From: a virus
Lineage: Duplodnaviria; Caudoviricetes
Virus record (IMG/VR): IMGVR_UViG_3300018080_000069
Coordinates: 1-37,541 of that record
Length of the DNA: 37,541 nt
Reading direction: 5' to 3' (one strand)
Shown here: piece after piece, positions 1-8,224 of the stretch
How the letters are laid out: every line of letters begins with the position of its first letter
How positions within the stretch are numbered: the stretch's first letter is position 1
Made by a program: the position numbers and the translations under genes
Notes under the pieces: model-generated
What the model was told of the DNA's origin: nothing
Database searches by the model: none
What the model saw: the letters and a program-made list of their open reading frames with translations, nothing else

Positions 1-90
1 GCCGCCGCCCATCATGGGCGGCGGCGGCTCAGGCGACCCTCCGATCTGGTCACGCGCGCACGTCTATGCCTATTTCGACCAGAACTTGCC
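1..90. repeat. Terminal direct repeat, copy 1 (circular-contig overlap)
   Basis: Identical to 37452-37541; an ORF reads in frame across the junction. Confidence 0.97.
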
Positions 91-217
91 ACGCGAGATG
101 CGCATTCACGCCGCCGCCTATCGGGCGGCCATGGAGGCGGCGCAGGCGTCCGATGCCAGCGCCATCCAGATCGCGGCTGATGCCGCGGCGCTCGATGCGC
201 AGTTCGCGGGGGTGTAG
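1..217 (+). CDS. Excisionase/AlpA-like protein, 3' part
   Basis: In frame with the 37348 start after circularisation; stop at 215-217. Confidence 0.7.
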   Translation, partial: PPPIMGGGGSGDPPIWSRAHVYAYFDQNLPREMRIHAAAYRAAMEAAQASDASAIQIAADAAALDAQFAGV

Positions 218-478
218 ATGTTTGGCCGACAAACCCGCGACGCGACGCATCTGCGCACCGTCGACCTGCCCGGCGAAGTCACGCATCCGACGCCGCCGCC
301 ACTCGATGTGATCGAGACGATACCCGATCAGACAATCGAGGAGACCATCGATCTGCACCAGGAGCTCTTGGCGATGGCGCGCATCCATAGCATCCTGACG
401 CGGCACGACGATGCGGCCCGCGTGCGCATTCTGTCATGGGTCACAGATCAACTGCAGATCAGGCCGCCGGTAGAGTAA
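218..478 (+). CDS. Hypothetical protein (86 aa)
   Basis: Abuts the upstream stop and the integrase start. Confidence 0.7.
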   Translation: MFGRQTRDATHLRTVDLPGEVTHPTPPPLDVIETIPDQTIEETIDLHQELLAMARIHSILTRHDDAARVRILSWVTDQLQIRPPVE

Positions 479-480
479 AA

Positions 481-1632
481 ATGGCCAACGTCAAACTGCC
501 GCCATATCTCAAATGGCGCGACGGGCGCCCGCGTTGGGAGCCCTCGCCAAAGCTGCGCCGCCTCGGCCTCAAAGGCCGGGACCTGAAGGACAACGCCGGC
601 TCGTGGCTGCCGTTGGCCGAGGCGGTGCTGTCAGCGCAGGCAATCAATCAGGACCTGGCAAGCCAGGCCGGGCAGCGCCGCCCGTCCCTGCCGGTCAAGA
701 CAGCGGTGACGTGTCACGACCTTTTTGCGCTCTACTACGCCAGCCAGGACTTCCTGCGCCTGCGCCAACAGACACGCCACGATTACCAGGGCAAGGCGCG
801 GCCTTTCCTCGAGCACTTCGGCGATCGCGCCGTCGCCGCGGTGCGCAAGTCGCACATCCTCGGCTTTTGGGAGCAGATGCACACGCAGCGCGGCCATGCC
901 ATGGCCAATGGCATCCTCGCCGTCGTGCGCCGCGTCTTCACGTATGCGGAGCTGCGCGATCTGCGCGCGCCGAACACCAATCCTTGCCTGCAGCTCAAAA
1001 GGCCGACCGTGCCACCGCGCGTCGTCGTATGGACGCCCGCCGAGATCGACGTGATGGTCAGCCTTGCGGACGGCATCGGCGTGCCGTCAATTGGCGACGC
1101 CATCATTGCCGGCCTGCACACCGGCCAGCGCCAGGGTGACTTGCTGGCCTATACCTTGCCCGAAGTCGGAGACGGCCGCGCGCGCTTCCGGCAGTCGAAG
1201 CGGGGGGCCCAGGTCAGCGTCCCCTTGACGGATCAGCTCGCAGGCCGCATCGAGGAAATCCGCCGCCGCCGCCGCGACGAGGCCCGCCACGCCCTGTCGC
1301 TGGCCACCGTGCACCAGCTCATCGTGAATGAGGCGACGGGCCGGCCCTACACGCGCAACAGCTTCAATCACGTGTTCCGGCGCGTGCGCGCGGAAGCGTG
1401 CAAAAAATTGCCGGAAATGCACAAAAAACAGTTCCTGGACATTCGCGACACCGCCGTCACGCGCCTGGCCATCGCCGGCTGCTCGGTGCCGGAAATCCGC
1501 GCGATCACCGGCCACACGCTGACGACAATCCACAAGGTCCTCGAGCACTATCTGGCACTCGACGACCGCATGGCTGACGCCGCTATCGACAAGCTGCGGC
1601 AATGGATGGACCGCGAAGGCATCGCGCTCTGA
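481..1632 (+). CDS. int: Tyrosine recombinase (phage integrase)
   Basis: HTGQRQGD (Arg), RQSKRG (Lys), FLDIRDT (HxxR box, His replaced), ITGHT (His), EHY (Tyr); next to a tRNA-derived attP. Start placed at ATG 481. Confidence 0.93.
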   Translation: MANVKLPPYLKWRDGRPRWEPSPKLRRLGLKGRDLKDNAGSWLPLAEAVLSAQAINQDLASQAGQRRPSLPVKTAVTCHDLFALYYASQDFLRLRQQTRHDYQGKARPFLEHFGDRAVAAVRKSHILGFWEQMHTQRGHAMANGILAVVRRVFTYAELRDLRAPNTNPCLQLKRPTVPPRVVVWTPAEIDVMVSLADGIGVPSIGDAIIAGLHTGQRQGDLLAYTLPEVGDGRARFRQSKRGAQVSVPLTDQLAGRIEEIRRRRRDEARHALSLATVHQLIVNEATGRPYTRNSFNHVFRRVRAEACKKLPEMHKKQFLDIRDTAVTRLAIAGCSVPEIRAITGHTLTTIHKVLEHYLALDDRMADAAIDKLRQWMDREGIAL

Positions 1633-1633
1633 G

Positions 1634-1828
1634 ATTTCCGACGCCCCTGGTTTTCACCCCGGTTCCAGCGTCGGAAATTGAGGCTAACTGCTTGAAATCA
1701 TTGACACGCACAGAATTTGTAATCAGGGGGTCGGGGGTTCGAGTCCCTCTTGCGGCACCAATCTTTTCAATGGGTTAGGCCGATCAGTCTGCTGCCGTCC
1801 GACGATTTCGCGTCGGACTTTCCGACGC
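1634..1828. promoter_or_regulatory. attP arms: integrase arm-type repeats and IHF-like sites
   Basis: TCCGACG motif five times (1634-1644 and 1668-1678 as an 11-bp inverted repeat; 1797-1804, 1810-1818, 1819-1828). TAACTGCTTGAAA (1685-1697) and TTTCAATGGGTTA (1765-1777) resemble IHF sites flanking the core. Confidence 0.7.
1716..1760 (+). other. attP core: 3' half of tRNA-Thr(UGU)
   Basis: TTTGTAA anticodon loop, TCAGG, T-arm GGGGG-TTCGAGT-CCCTC, acceptor strand TTGCGGC-A-CCA; the 5' half of the tRNA is absent. Confidence 0.9.
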
Positions 1829-1839
1829 TAGCCGTGCGA

Positions 1840-1959
1840 TCACCGCAGCCACGCCAGAACTGCATGAAAGCTCAGCAGCGCGAGACACCCAAGCAGCGAC
1901 CAGCCCAGCCGCCGGTCGGCACGCGTCTCCCCGGCCAGAAGCCGCTGCCAAGCCTTCAC
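1840..1959 (-). CDS. Small membrane peptide (39 aa)
   Basis: GTG start overlaps the stop of 1956-2210; hydrophobic stretch LGWSLLGCLALLSFHAVLAW. Confidence 0.45.
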   Translation of the reverse strand: MKAWQRLLAGETRADRRLGWSLLGCLALLSFHAVLAWLR

Positions 1960-2210
1960 CGCATGGCCTCGAAAATTTTCAGGGCCGCGTCGATGCTGCC
2001 GGTGCCCCACAGCGTCAGCAGCGGGAGCAGCCACGTCAGCGAGCGCTTGATCAGTAGCTCGAGCGCCGGCGGCCGCGCCTTGGCGCGCTTCAGTGTGGTG
2101 ATGTCCCGTCGCACGTCGCGCATCTCCCGCTTGACCCAATCGTCGAGATGTTCCTGGCGCGCCTCGATGCGGCCAAGCGTGCGGCACATCTCCATCAATA
2201 TCTGCTGCAT
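1956..2210 (-). CDS. Coiled-coil protein with C-terminal hydrophobic helix (holin-like candidate)
   Basis: Heptad-like N-terminus and LTWLLPLLTLWG segment; at the end of the late operon. Confidence 0.55.
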   Translation of the reverse strand: MQQILMEMCRTLGRIEARQEHLDDWVKREMRDVRRDITTLKRAKARPPALELLIKRSLTWLLPLLTLWGTGSIDAALKIFEAMR

Positions 2211-2227
2211 GCGTCATCGCCGGTCGC

Positions 2228-2704
2228 CTAGGGCCAATGCTGATCGTCCGTGTAAGTCGCTGGCGGGGCGGCCTCGATCGCATTCGACGCCGCCCGGATC
2301 GCCTCGATCGCAGCATCCGCCGCCTCCAGCTCCGCCGCTCGCGCCGCTTGCTGCGGCGTCCAGTTATCCGCGCCGATGCGCAACAGCCTGATGGCCTCGC
2401 GTTGCGCATTTGACAGGATCACCGCGAGATGATCGGCGTCCCGCGCCGATACCAGCGCCTGCATCCGCCGGCTGGCCTCCGCACGCACGTCCTCAGCGGT
2501 CGGCGCGTCGAAATCGTGCGCACGGATCTGCGCTCGCCACGCGGCGGCTTGCTCTGCCGACACGCTCGGCCCGAAGGCGACGTGCCACGTCGTGGGATCG
2601 GCGCGGTCTCCGATCACGATGCGCCCCACATCGCCCGATAAAGTGTCGGCCAAAGCCTTCACTCTCATCAGGAATTCACCCGGATTTTCCAGCTTTGCGC
2701 TCAT
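2228..2704 (-). CDS. Tail fibre assembly/chaperone-like protein
   Basis: ATGA overlap with the tail fibre stop; helical C-terminal domain ending PPATYTDDQHWP, typical of fibre-associated chaperones. Confidence 0.65.
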   Translation of the reverse strand: MSAKLENPGEFLMRVKALADTLSGDVGRIVIGDRADPTTWHVAFGPSVSAEQAAAWRAQIRAHDFDAPTAEDVRAEASRRMQALVSARDADHLAVILSNAQREAIRLLRIGADNWTPQQAARAAELEAADAAIEAIRAASNAIEAAPPATYTDDQHWP

Positions 2705-4323
2705 ATCCACACGATCCCCCGCAAGCCGGCCAGAGTGCCGTTGTAAGCGTCGTAGAAAGACGTCGTCGCTTTATTCGAATGCAAATATTCCAGATGGTAA
2801 AACGTGTGCATTCCAGCACCTGGCGCGCCTTCGTATGTCGCTATCAGCACATTGGCCGTTTCCCCGTATGCACCCAGCGAGATATCCGCATCTCGCGTCA
2901 AACCATCGATCCCGATGTCGGCTGCTGCAGCGTCCTGCGTGGCCGCATTAAAGACCATGCTATGCGCCGACACGCTCGCGAAGGTCTCGCCAGTCGGAAA
3001 CAGGGCCTTGAAATTTTTGGCACTATCAAGAGATTTATACATCACCTGCGGTGGGGTCACGCTTGGGTCGTTGTAATTGTAAGAGCTTTCGGTCCCGGCC
3101 GCATAAAACAGCGAGCGCGGCCGAGCATTACTGATATTCGCGACGAACCGGCTTGTCCTGCTGTCCTCGCACTGCCCGCTCGTGCCCGTGGTGCGGATCG
3201 TGCCGAGCAAGCGCCGCGTGGCGTCGCCCGACTTCACCCATACGCCATCCTGCTTCACGATCGCGGTGGCGCGCGTGGTGGCATTCGTCCACGCGACGAA
3301 TTCCAAAGTCAGCGTGCCGCTCGCGTCGTAGCCGAAGACGTCGTGATTGGTGTTTGTCGTGCTCGGTATGGCGGCGCTCACTTGCGCAGATGGGAGCACG
3401 GACCAATCGGAGCCATCGTAAAGCGCGAGGCCGTTGCCGGTGTACGGCGTACAGTAGAGCGTTGTCTTTGCCGTCTGGTTTGCGGCCGGAACAGGATCGC
3501 CATCGGCCAGCGTCAGGCGGAAATCATTGACGCTGTTTGACCCGCCGCCGCCGCCTCCGCCGCCCGCAGCAGTCGCCCATTCGACATCGTAATCATCGGC
3601 GCTCGCCTTGCGCAGGACCTGGTGCAGGGCACCGCCCGCCGGCACCCCGGTGCCCGCCGTGCCTTGCGGCCCCTTGATGTTGCCCCGCAAAGACCACGCG
3701 CCCGAAGCCTTGCCGTAGACGTTGCCATGCTCCGCGTCGGGGGCGTTCAGCCAGATCGCGAGATCGCCGTCGTTGCCGAGGCCCGCACCGGGCGCAGCCG
3801 TCACGATATGGATCACCGGCGCATCGGTGGTCGCGTCCGCTACTTCCGGCGCGCCCGTCAGGCCGTTGAAGCGCAGGAATTTTCCAAGGCGATCGGCCTT
3901 CAGCGGCAGCTCGCGCGTGATCGTCAGATCGTCGATCGGGTCGACACGCAGCGCCAGGCCCTGGTCGCGCACAAGCTCCTGGATCAGCACGATCAGCGAG
4001 CGGTATTCGGCGTTGAACACGCTGGCGCGCATCTCACCCGACAAAATATTGCTGGTCCGCGCGGCCGCGCGTGTGCCGCGGATCACGAGCCGGTCGCTCG
4101 CTTCGGCCGCCACGGCCAGCGTGATGCGCTTGTAGCCCAGCTCCCCGACATCGGCGAGGCCGTAGTCGGTATCCAGCACAAAGGCGGTCTCGACGCCGGC
4201 GCGCACGCGCACGATTGTCAGGTCGCCATCCGCCAGTACCGGAAAATCAGTGTCAATGACGGTCTGCCCGGCGGTCAGCGTCACATCAAGCAGGCGGTCG
4301 TCTACGGGCACTCCAAACGTCAT
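2701..4323 (-). CDS. Tail fibre protein (T7 gp17-like N-terminal adaptor)
   Basis: N-terminal GQTVIDTDFPVL...DLTIV...LDTDY...LIQEL pattern, short GPQG collagen-like stretch, Gly-rich hinge, AT-richer C-terminal tip. Confidence 0.85.
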   Translation of the reverse strand: MTFGVPVDDRLLDVTLTAGQTVIDTDFPVLADGDLTIVRVRAGVETAFVLDTDYGLADVGELGYKRITLAVAAEASDRLVIRGTRAAARTSNILSGEMRASVFNAEYRSLIVLIQELVRDQGLALRVDPIDDLTITRELPLKADRLGKFLRFNGLTGAPEVADATTDAPVIHIVTAAPGAGLGNDGDLAIWLNAPDAEHGNVYGKASGAWSLRGNIKGPQGTAGTGVPAGGALHQVLRKASADDYDVEWATAAGGGGGGGGSNSVNDFRLTLADGDPVPAANQTAKTTLYCTPYTGNGLALYDGSDWSVLPSAQVSAAIPSTTNTNHDVFGYDASGTLTLEFVAWTNATTRATAIVKQDGVWVKSGDATRRLLGTIRTTGTSGQCEDSRTSRFVANISNARPRSLFYAAGTESSYNYNDPSVTPPQVMYKSLDSAKNFKALFPTGETFASVSAHSMVFNAATQDAAAADIGIDGLTRDADISLGAYGETANVLIATYEGAPGAGMHTFYHLEYLHSNKATTSFYDAYNGTLAGLRGIVWI

Positions 4324-4607
4324 GTCGCGGGCACCTCTGCTCGCTTGGCCTTCGGCGCCGGCTGCCGCGGCTTGTAGATCGTCAGCTTGCCGCTGACGTT
4401 ACTGGCATGTACCGCGTTGTGCTCGGCAATCGCCTGCTGCACCCGATAAGGGCACTGCCTGGAATTCGGCAGCGCGCGGTACGCCTGCACGACGCGCGCG
4501 TCGAGCTTCGCCCGCTCAGTCGATGTAATTGGGGTCCACGACCCCGCGCACCCGCTCGTCGCGCACGCTGCTGCGCACACGAGCAGCGCGCTGGATAACC
4601 TGATCAT
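4320..4607 (-). CDS. Outer-membrane spanin-like lipoprotein (Rz1-like)
   Basis: Signal peptide MIRLSSALLVCAAACATSGC with lipobox-like Cys; overlaps the 3' end of the i-spanin in another frame. Confidence 0.65.
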   Translation of the reverse strand: MIRLSSALLVCAAACATSGCAGSWTPITSTERAKLDARVVQAYRALPNSRQCPYRVQQAIAEHNAVHASNVSGKLTIYKPRQPAPKAKRAEVPAT

Positions 4608-4758
4608 TCGCCCGCTCCGTCTTTGTCCGTTCCACCGCTGCACCCTGCTTCACGCCGCGCTGCACTTCGCCGCGGTGCCACAGCGCCGCCGTGGTCACGA
4701 CGCCAGCCAGCGCGATCATTGCCACGACGTTCGTGCCCGCGTTGAACAGCCCCAACAT
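4516..4758 (-). CDS. Inner-membrane spanin-like protein (Rz-like)
   Basis: N-terminal TM segment VVAMIALAGVVTTAALW then a charged helix; directly after the endolysin; start at ATG 4758. Confidence 0.65.
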   Translation of the reverse strand: MLGLFNAGTNVVAMIALAGVVTTAALWHRGEVQRGVKQGAAVERTKTERANDQVIQRAARVRSSVRDERVRGVVDPNYID

Positions 4759-5531
4759 CAGCGCGCCTCCTCGTCTTTCAGGCGGCGATAAATCGCGAGC
4801 AGCACACCCGAGACGCCAATGCCTGCGCCGATCGCATCGAGATTGCCGCCGATGCTCGCCAGCAGCCCCTTCACGGGCGCGAATTCCGTTGCGATACGTG
4901 CGGCATCGAGCGCCACCTGCAGCGCGCTCTGCAGCCACAGCACGACAACGCCCAGGCCCGACATCAGCGCGCCGAGAATGGTGTTCGACTGCAGCATGAG
5001 CTGCCCAGGCGTGCGCTTGCCATTGCCCTTTGCGGCAGGCGCAGGCGCGGGCGATGGCTCCGGCAGCGGCGCAGCCGCGCGCTCCTCGACAGCCAGCACC
5101 GGCGCCGCCGCATCGGCCGGCCAGCGATAGCCGAGCACGTCCGTCTCCATGTACGCGGCGATCGAGACTGCGTTACCCTGGTTGCCGCCCAGCAAATAGA
5201 CTTTTCCGTCGCGGCGCTCGACCAGGAACCCGACATGCCCGGCGCGCGGATCGTTGCCGCGACGCAGTACCACCACGGCATGCTTCACGGGGCCGCACTC
5301 GACACCCCAATTCAGATAGGAGCGCGCCAGCATCGAGCCGGTATGCTCGAGGCCGGCGCGCTGCAAACACGCGCCGACGAACCCGGCGCACCACGGCACT
5401 TCATCGCTTTCGACCCAGGTGCAGCCAATGTCACGCGCATAGCGCACAATGCGCAGATTGTGCGAGGCGCCCGGCACTTCCGCCTGGCCCATCTCGCCGT
5501 CCGCAATCCGTATCCAGTCAGGAACCGTCAT
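4758..5531 (-). CDS. Endolysin, TIGR02594-like NlpC/P60-CHAP peptidase with C-terminal hydrophobic helices
   Basis: PDWIRIA...DEVPWCAGFVG...SMLARSYLNWG...GHVGF...LGGNQGNAVS motifs with the Cys/His dyad. Confidence 0.88.
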   Translation of the reverse strand: MTVPDWIRIADGEMGQAEVPGASHNLRIVRYARDIGCTWVESDEVPWCAGFVGACLQRAGLEHTGSMLARSYLNWGVECGPVKHAVVVLRRGNDPRAGHVGFLVERRDGKVYLLGGNQGNAVSIAAYMETDVLGYRWPADAAAPVLAVEERAAAPLPEPSPAPAPAAKGNGKRTPGQLMLQSNTILGALMSGLGVVVLWLQSALQVALDAARIATEFAPVKGLLASIGGNLDAIGAGIGVSGVLLAIYRRLKDEEAR

Positions 5532-6343
5532 CGCCTGGTCCGCTTCTGCCAGTGGCGGTCATGCGCGAGATCGAGCGGCGGGTCGTCCGACATGAGGCGA
5601 TAGCGCTCGTCGAGCTCGGCCATGCGCAGATCCAGGCTTTCGAGTGAGCCGTTGCGCGCGACTTCTTCGGCTGTCCAGCGCTCGCCGCGCTGCAGCTTGC
5701 GCAGCAGGCGGAACCATTCGAACATAGCCGCGAACATCATCGCCTGACACTCAGCCGTATCGCGCGCGCCGAGCAGGGCGCACTTGCGCCGCCACAACTC
5801 TGCCACCAGCGGATCGGTCGCGTCCGGACTGCCGGCAACGCCGACGAACTTCATCCGTTGAGCCAGCGCCCGCAGCTCCTGGCGGATCGCGTCGAGCGAC
5901 CAGGCCACGGACAGCGCGCCCTCCTCGCTGTCGTCGATGATTTCCGACGCGCAAGGCGGATCGCCAACGGGGAAATTGGCCTGCACCGCCGGCAGCATCT
6001 GGCCGTCGTCCTTCACGGGGGGGGTGTGATTTGACGACAGACGGCTGACATCCGCAGGCCGAGGATCAGGCGCTGCGATAGCTGCCGGCGGTGGAGCTGG
6101 TATCAGTGCGATGGACGACGCGGGCGCAGACATCGCACGCAAGCTGGCATCGTCCGGATATACGTCCCAGAAGCTGGTCCAATCCTCGCCGTGCATCGGC
6201 TCCGACTGCGCCCCGGCGGTATGATTGCGGGCGCACTGATAGGATTTACGACCGCGCGCGACGACATCGCCGGGCGCGTAGCTCTCGCCCGACGCCCATG
6301 TCGCCCGGAAGCGCGTCAGCTCGTGATTGTGCGCGTGTCCCAT
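5528..6343 (-). CDS. Carbohydrate-binding module (CBM5/12-like) fused to a tail-fibre-chaperone-like domain
   Basis: N-terminal WASGESYAPGDVV.RGRKSYQC..NHTA...P...W, Pro/Ala linker, C-terminus paralogous to 2228-2704. Confidence 0.7.
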   Translation of the reverse strand: MGHAHNHELTRFRATWASGESYAPGDVVARGRKSYQCARNHTAGAQSEPMHGEDWTSFWDVYPDDASLRAMSAPASSIALIPAPPPAAIAAPDPRPADVSRLSSNHTPPVKDDGQMLPAVQANFPVGDPPCASEIIDDSEEGALSVAWSLDAIRQELRALAQRMKFVGVAGSPDATDPLVAELWRRKCALLGARDTAECQAMMFAAMFEWFRLLRKLQRGERWTAEEVARNGSLESLDLRMAELDERYRLMSDDPPLDLAHDRHWQKRTRR

Positions 6344-6366
6344 GCCCGGCCCCGTGATTTGCCGGC

Positions 6367-6396
6367 ATCATAGCCACGACGACACGGGGGGGGCCT
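6367..6396 (-). promoter_or_regulatory. Putative late promoter (lysis/tail-fibre operon)
   Basis: AGG-C8-N13-TATGAT, about 24 bp upstream of the 6343 start; same motif at 24036-24066 and 27537-27567. Confidence 0.6.
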
Positions 6397-6432
6397 CAAA
6401 GCAACCCGGGCGCTGGTAGCACAGCGCCCGGG
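6397..6432 (-). terminator. Putative intrinsic terminator closing the accessory island
   Basis: 11-bp perfect stem CCCGGGCGCTG/CAGCGCCCGGG (6405-6432) followed on the minus strand by TTGCTTTG. Confidence 0.5.
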
Positions 6433-6480
6433 CCAATGTAGAACCAGCGTTTGGCTGGCGGCTATGACAACGCAGACACG

Positions 6481-6708
6481 CTATGTCGATTTGCGCTTGT
6501 CCGCAATGCGCTCCACGACCTCGAGCATAGCGAGACCTGAAAGACGCGCCCGATAGTCGGGATCGTCCTTCCAGCGCGCATGCGTCGCGCGCAATTGACT
6601 GGCCGCGCGCTGCATGTGGACCGTCTGCTTGTAGGCTTCTTCCGCCATCGCTTCCGCCAGCACTCTTTTCTGATCGTCGGTCGGCCGAGCTTTAGGCATG
6701 GCGTCCAC
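6481..6708 (-). CDS. Hypothetical protein (accessory island)
   Basis: ORF abutting the upstream gene; AT-richer than the backbone. Confidence 0.55.
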   Translation of the reverse strand: MDAMPKARPTDDQKRVLAEAMAEEAYKQTVHMQRAASQLRATHARWKDDPDYRARLSGLAMLEVVERIADKRKST

Positions 6709-6984
6709 CTACTGTCCGGTTTTCTCAAAGCGATCGCGTTGATAAAATTCAAATTCGGCATCACCGTCTAACAGTCTCGACATCTCGAAGATCGCCTCAT
6801 TGAAAAATCCATCCCTAATCAACATGATGCCGTAGCGCAGCCTATCTTCGGCCTGCTCTGCTCGCTTGCGCCAATGGTCTAGCTCATCAGACGCACGCCA
6901 AACGTCGTGCCACCGTTGTTCCATTTGTTCGCGCTCATTTCTCTCCTCTTTGCTTTCCGGAACGCCACCGAATATGTCTGCCAT
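6709..6984 (-). CDS. Hypothetical coiled-coil protein (accessory island)
   Basis: ATG at 6984 (MADIFGG) with GAAGGA upstream; the ORF track extends to 7050. Confidence 0.55.
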   Translation of the reverse strand: MADIFGGVPESKEERNEREQMEQRWHDVWRASDELDHWRKRAEQAEDRLRYGIMLIRDGFFNEAIFEMSRLLDGDAEFEFYQRDRFEKTGQ

Positions 6985-7088
6985 TGTGTTCACGCATCCT
7001 TCTAGTTGATAGGGACGAGCTTCCACTCGCCATTGATGTAAATCCAGCAATATCCGTCTGGCGCTTCACCCAAGTGCATCACCCACCT

Positions 7089-7700
7089 CTATCTCTTGCC
7101 TTTGTGGGGCGGCGCCGTGACGTTGTAGAGCGTCTTGTCTGACACCTTGATCCCGAATTCATTCAGCAACTCAACGCGGATTTGAGGCACTGTCGCCTTC
7201 TGCCGGCGCCGTTTCTTGGCGAACGTCAGAGCTTTGCCGGAAAGCTTCGGCGCGGGGCCTGGCCGATAGCCCTCAGTCCTGATCTTGTGTTGAATGCCGG
7301 CGCGCGTGCGCTCGCTGATCATGTCCCGTTCGAAGTTGGCCACAGCGGCGAGCATGTTCGTCATGAACCGGCCGGCCGGCGTGGTCGTATCGATGCTGTC
7401 CGTCAAGCTGACAAAGCCGATGCCGTTGTCCTGCAAGTGCTGCATCCGATTGAGCAGATCGAGGATCGAACGGCCAAACCGATCGAATTTCCAGACGACC
7501 AGTGTGTCGCCCTCATCGCACTTGGCTATAGCCTCTTCGAGGCGTGGCCGGCGCTTGCTGACGCCGGACACCGTTTCGATGAATATGTCGTCGTCCGCGA
7601 CGCCGTAGCGTCGCAGTGCTTCAACCTGTTGCGCCGTGCTTTGATCCTTAGTCGAAACGCGCGCATAGCCGATCGGTCGGCCCGTTCCCTGCTTTCGCAT
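7089..7700 (-). CDS. Small serine recombinase (resolvase/invertase family)
   Basis: IGYARVSTKDQ (catalytic Ser), SG...RPRL, GDTLVVWKFDRFGRS, IDTTTPAGRFM, FERDMISERTRAG, C-terminal HTH; probable start at ATG 7700. Confidence 0.95.
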   Translation of the reverse strand: MRKQGTGRPIGYARVSTKDQSTAQQVEALRRYGVADDDIFIETVSGVSKRRPRLEEAIAKCDEGDTLVVWKFDRFGRSILDLLNRMQHLQDNGIGFVSLTDSIDTTTPAGRFMTNMLAAVANFERDMISERTRAGIQHKIRTEGYRPGPAPKLSGKALTFAKKRRRQKATVPQIRVELLNEFGIKVSDKTLYNVTAPPHKGKR

Positions 7701-7774
7701 ACACAATTTCCCATTTTCGACTGAAAATATTGTTTCCAGTCTACCTTGGAAATCGGCGAGAAGGCGGCGAGTGA

Positions 7775-7930
7775 TCATTTTTTGCCCGCCTTGAGCTTCG
7801 CGTGCGCGCGCTCGATCAGCCGGATAACCATGGCCGACTTGCCCGGCAGATCATCTTCGGCCTTCCTGAGATCAAGCAACATCTGCTCAATCGCGTCATC
7901 GACGCGGACTTGCAGCCATTTGTCTTTCAT
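7775..7930 (-). CDS. Ribbon-helix-helix (CopG/Arc-like) small regulator
   Basis: WLQVRVD strand plus helices LLDLRKAEDDLPGKSAMVIRLIE; 51 aa from ATG 7930. Confidence 0.7.
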   Translation of the reverse strand: MKDKWLQVRVDDAIEQMLLDLRKAEDDLPGKSAMVIRLIERAHAKLKAGKK

Positions 7931-8003
7931 GTCGGCGTCTGTGCCGACTGCCTGGGGATTCGTCAATGGATTGTTGCTCGCAGTGTTTGTATTGATTGTT
8001 GGG

Positions 8004-8032
8004 AACGTATTTTTTGTATTGACGTTTGTCAA
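8004..8032 (-). promoter_or_regulatory. Sigma70-type promoter for the RHH/resolvase operon with overlapping operator-like repeats
   Basis: TTGACA-N17-TACGTT on the minus strand; TTTGTATTGA repeated at 7986-7995 and 8013-8022; palindrome TTGAC-GTTT-GTCAA at 8019-8032. Confidence 0.6.
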
Positions 8033-8224
8033 GGGCCTAACTAAATTGTCCTCAGGTCTGGATGAGTTCGCATCCCGTTACAGACGGACCTCTTAAATGT
8101 CGGCAAACGGGACGGTGGAAACAGTTGGAGGGGCGGCATTGCGCCGTCAGCTCACAAGGGCCGAAGGCGGGCATTCAACGGCGCCCGCTGCCACCGCAAT
8201 CAAATTGGAAAAGGACGCCCGCAC

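Noticed and set aside
1-90. Biological terminal repeat of the virion DNA
   Set aside because: It falls in the middle of the xis-like gene and is best explained as assembly overlap of a circular contig.
1716-1760. Functional phage tRNA-Thr
   Set aside because: The D-arm and 5' acceptor strand are missing; it is the attP core.
2228-4323. Gin/Cin-type invertible tail-fibre segment driven by the serine recombinase
   Set aside because: No second, oppositely oriented fibre tip and no inverted crossover sites seen by eye.
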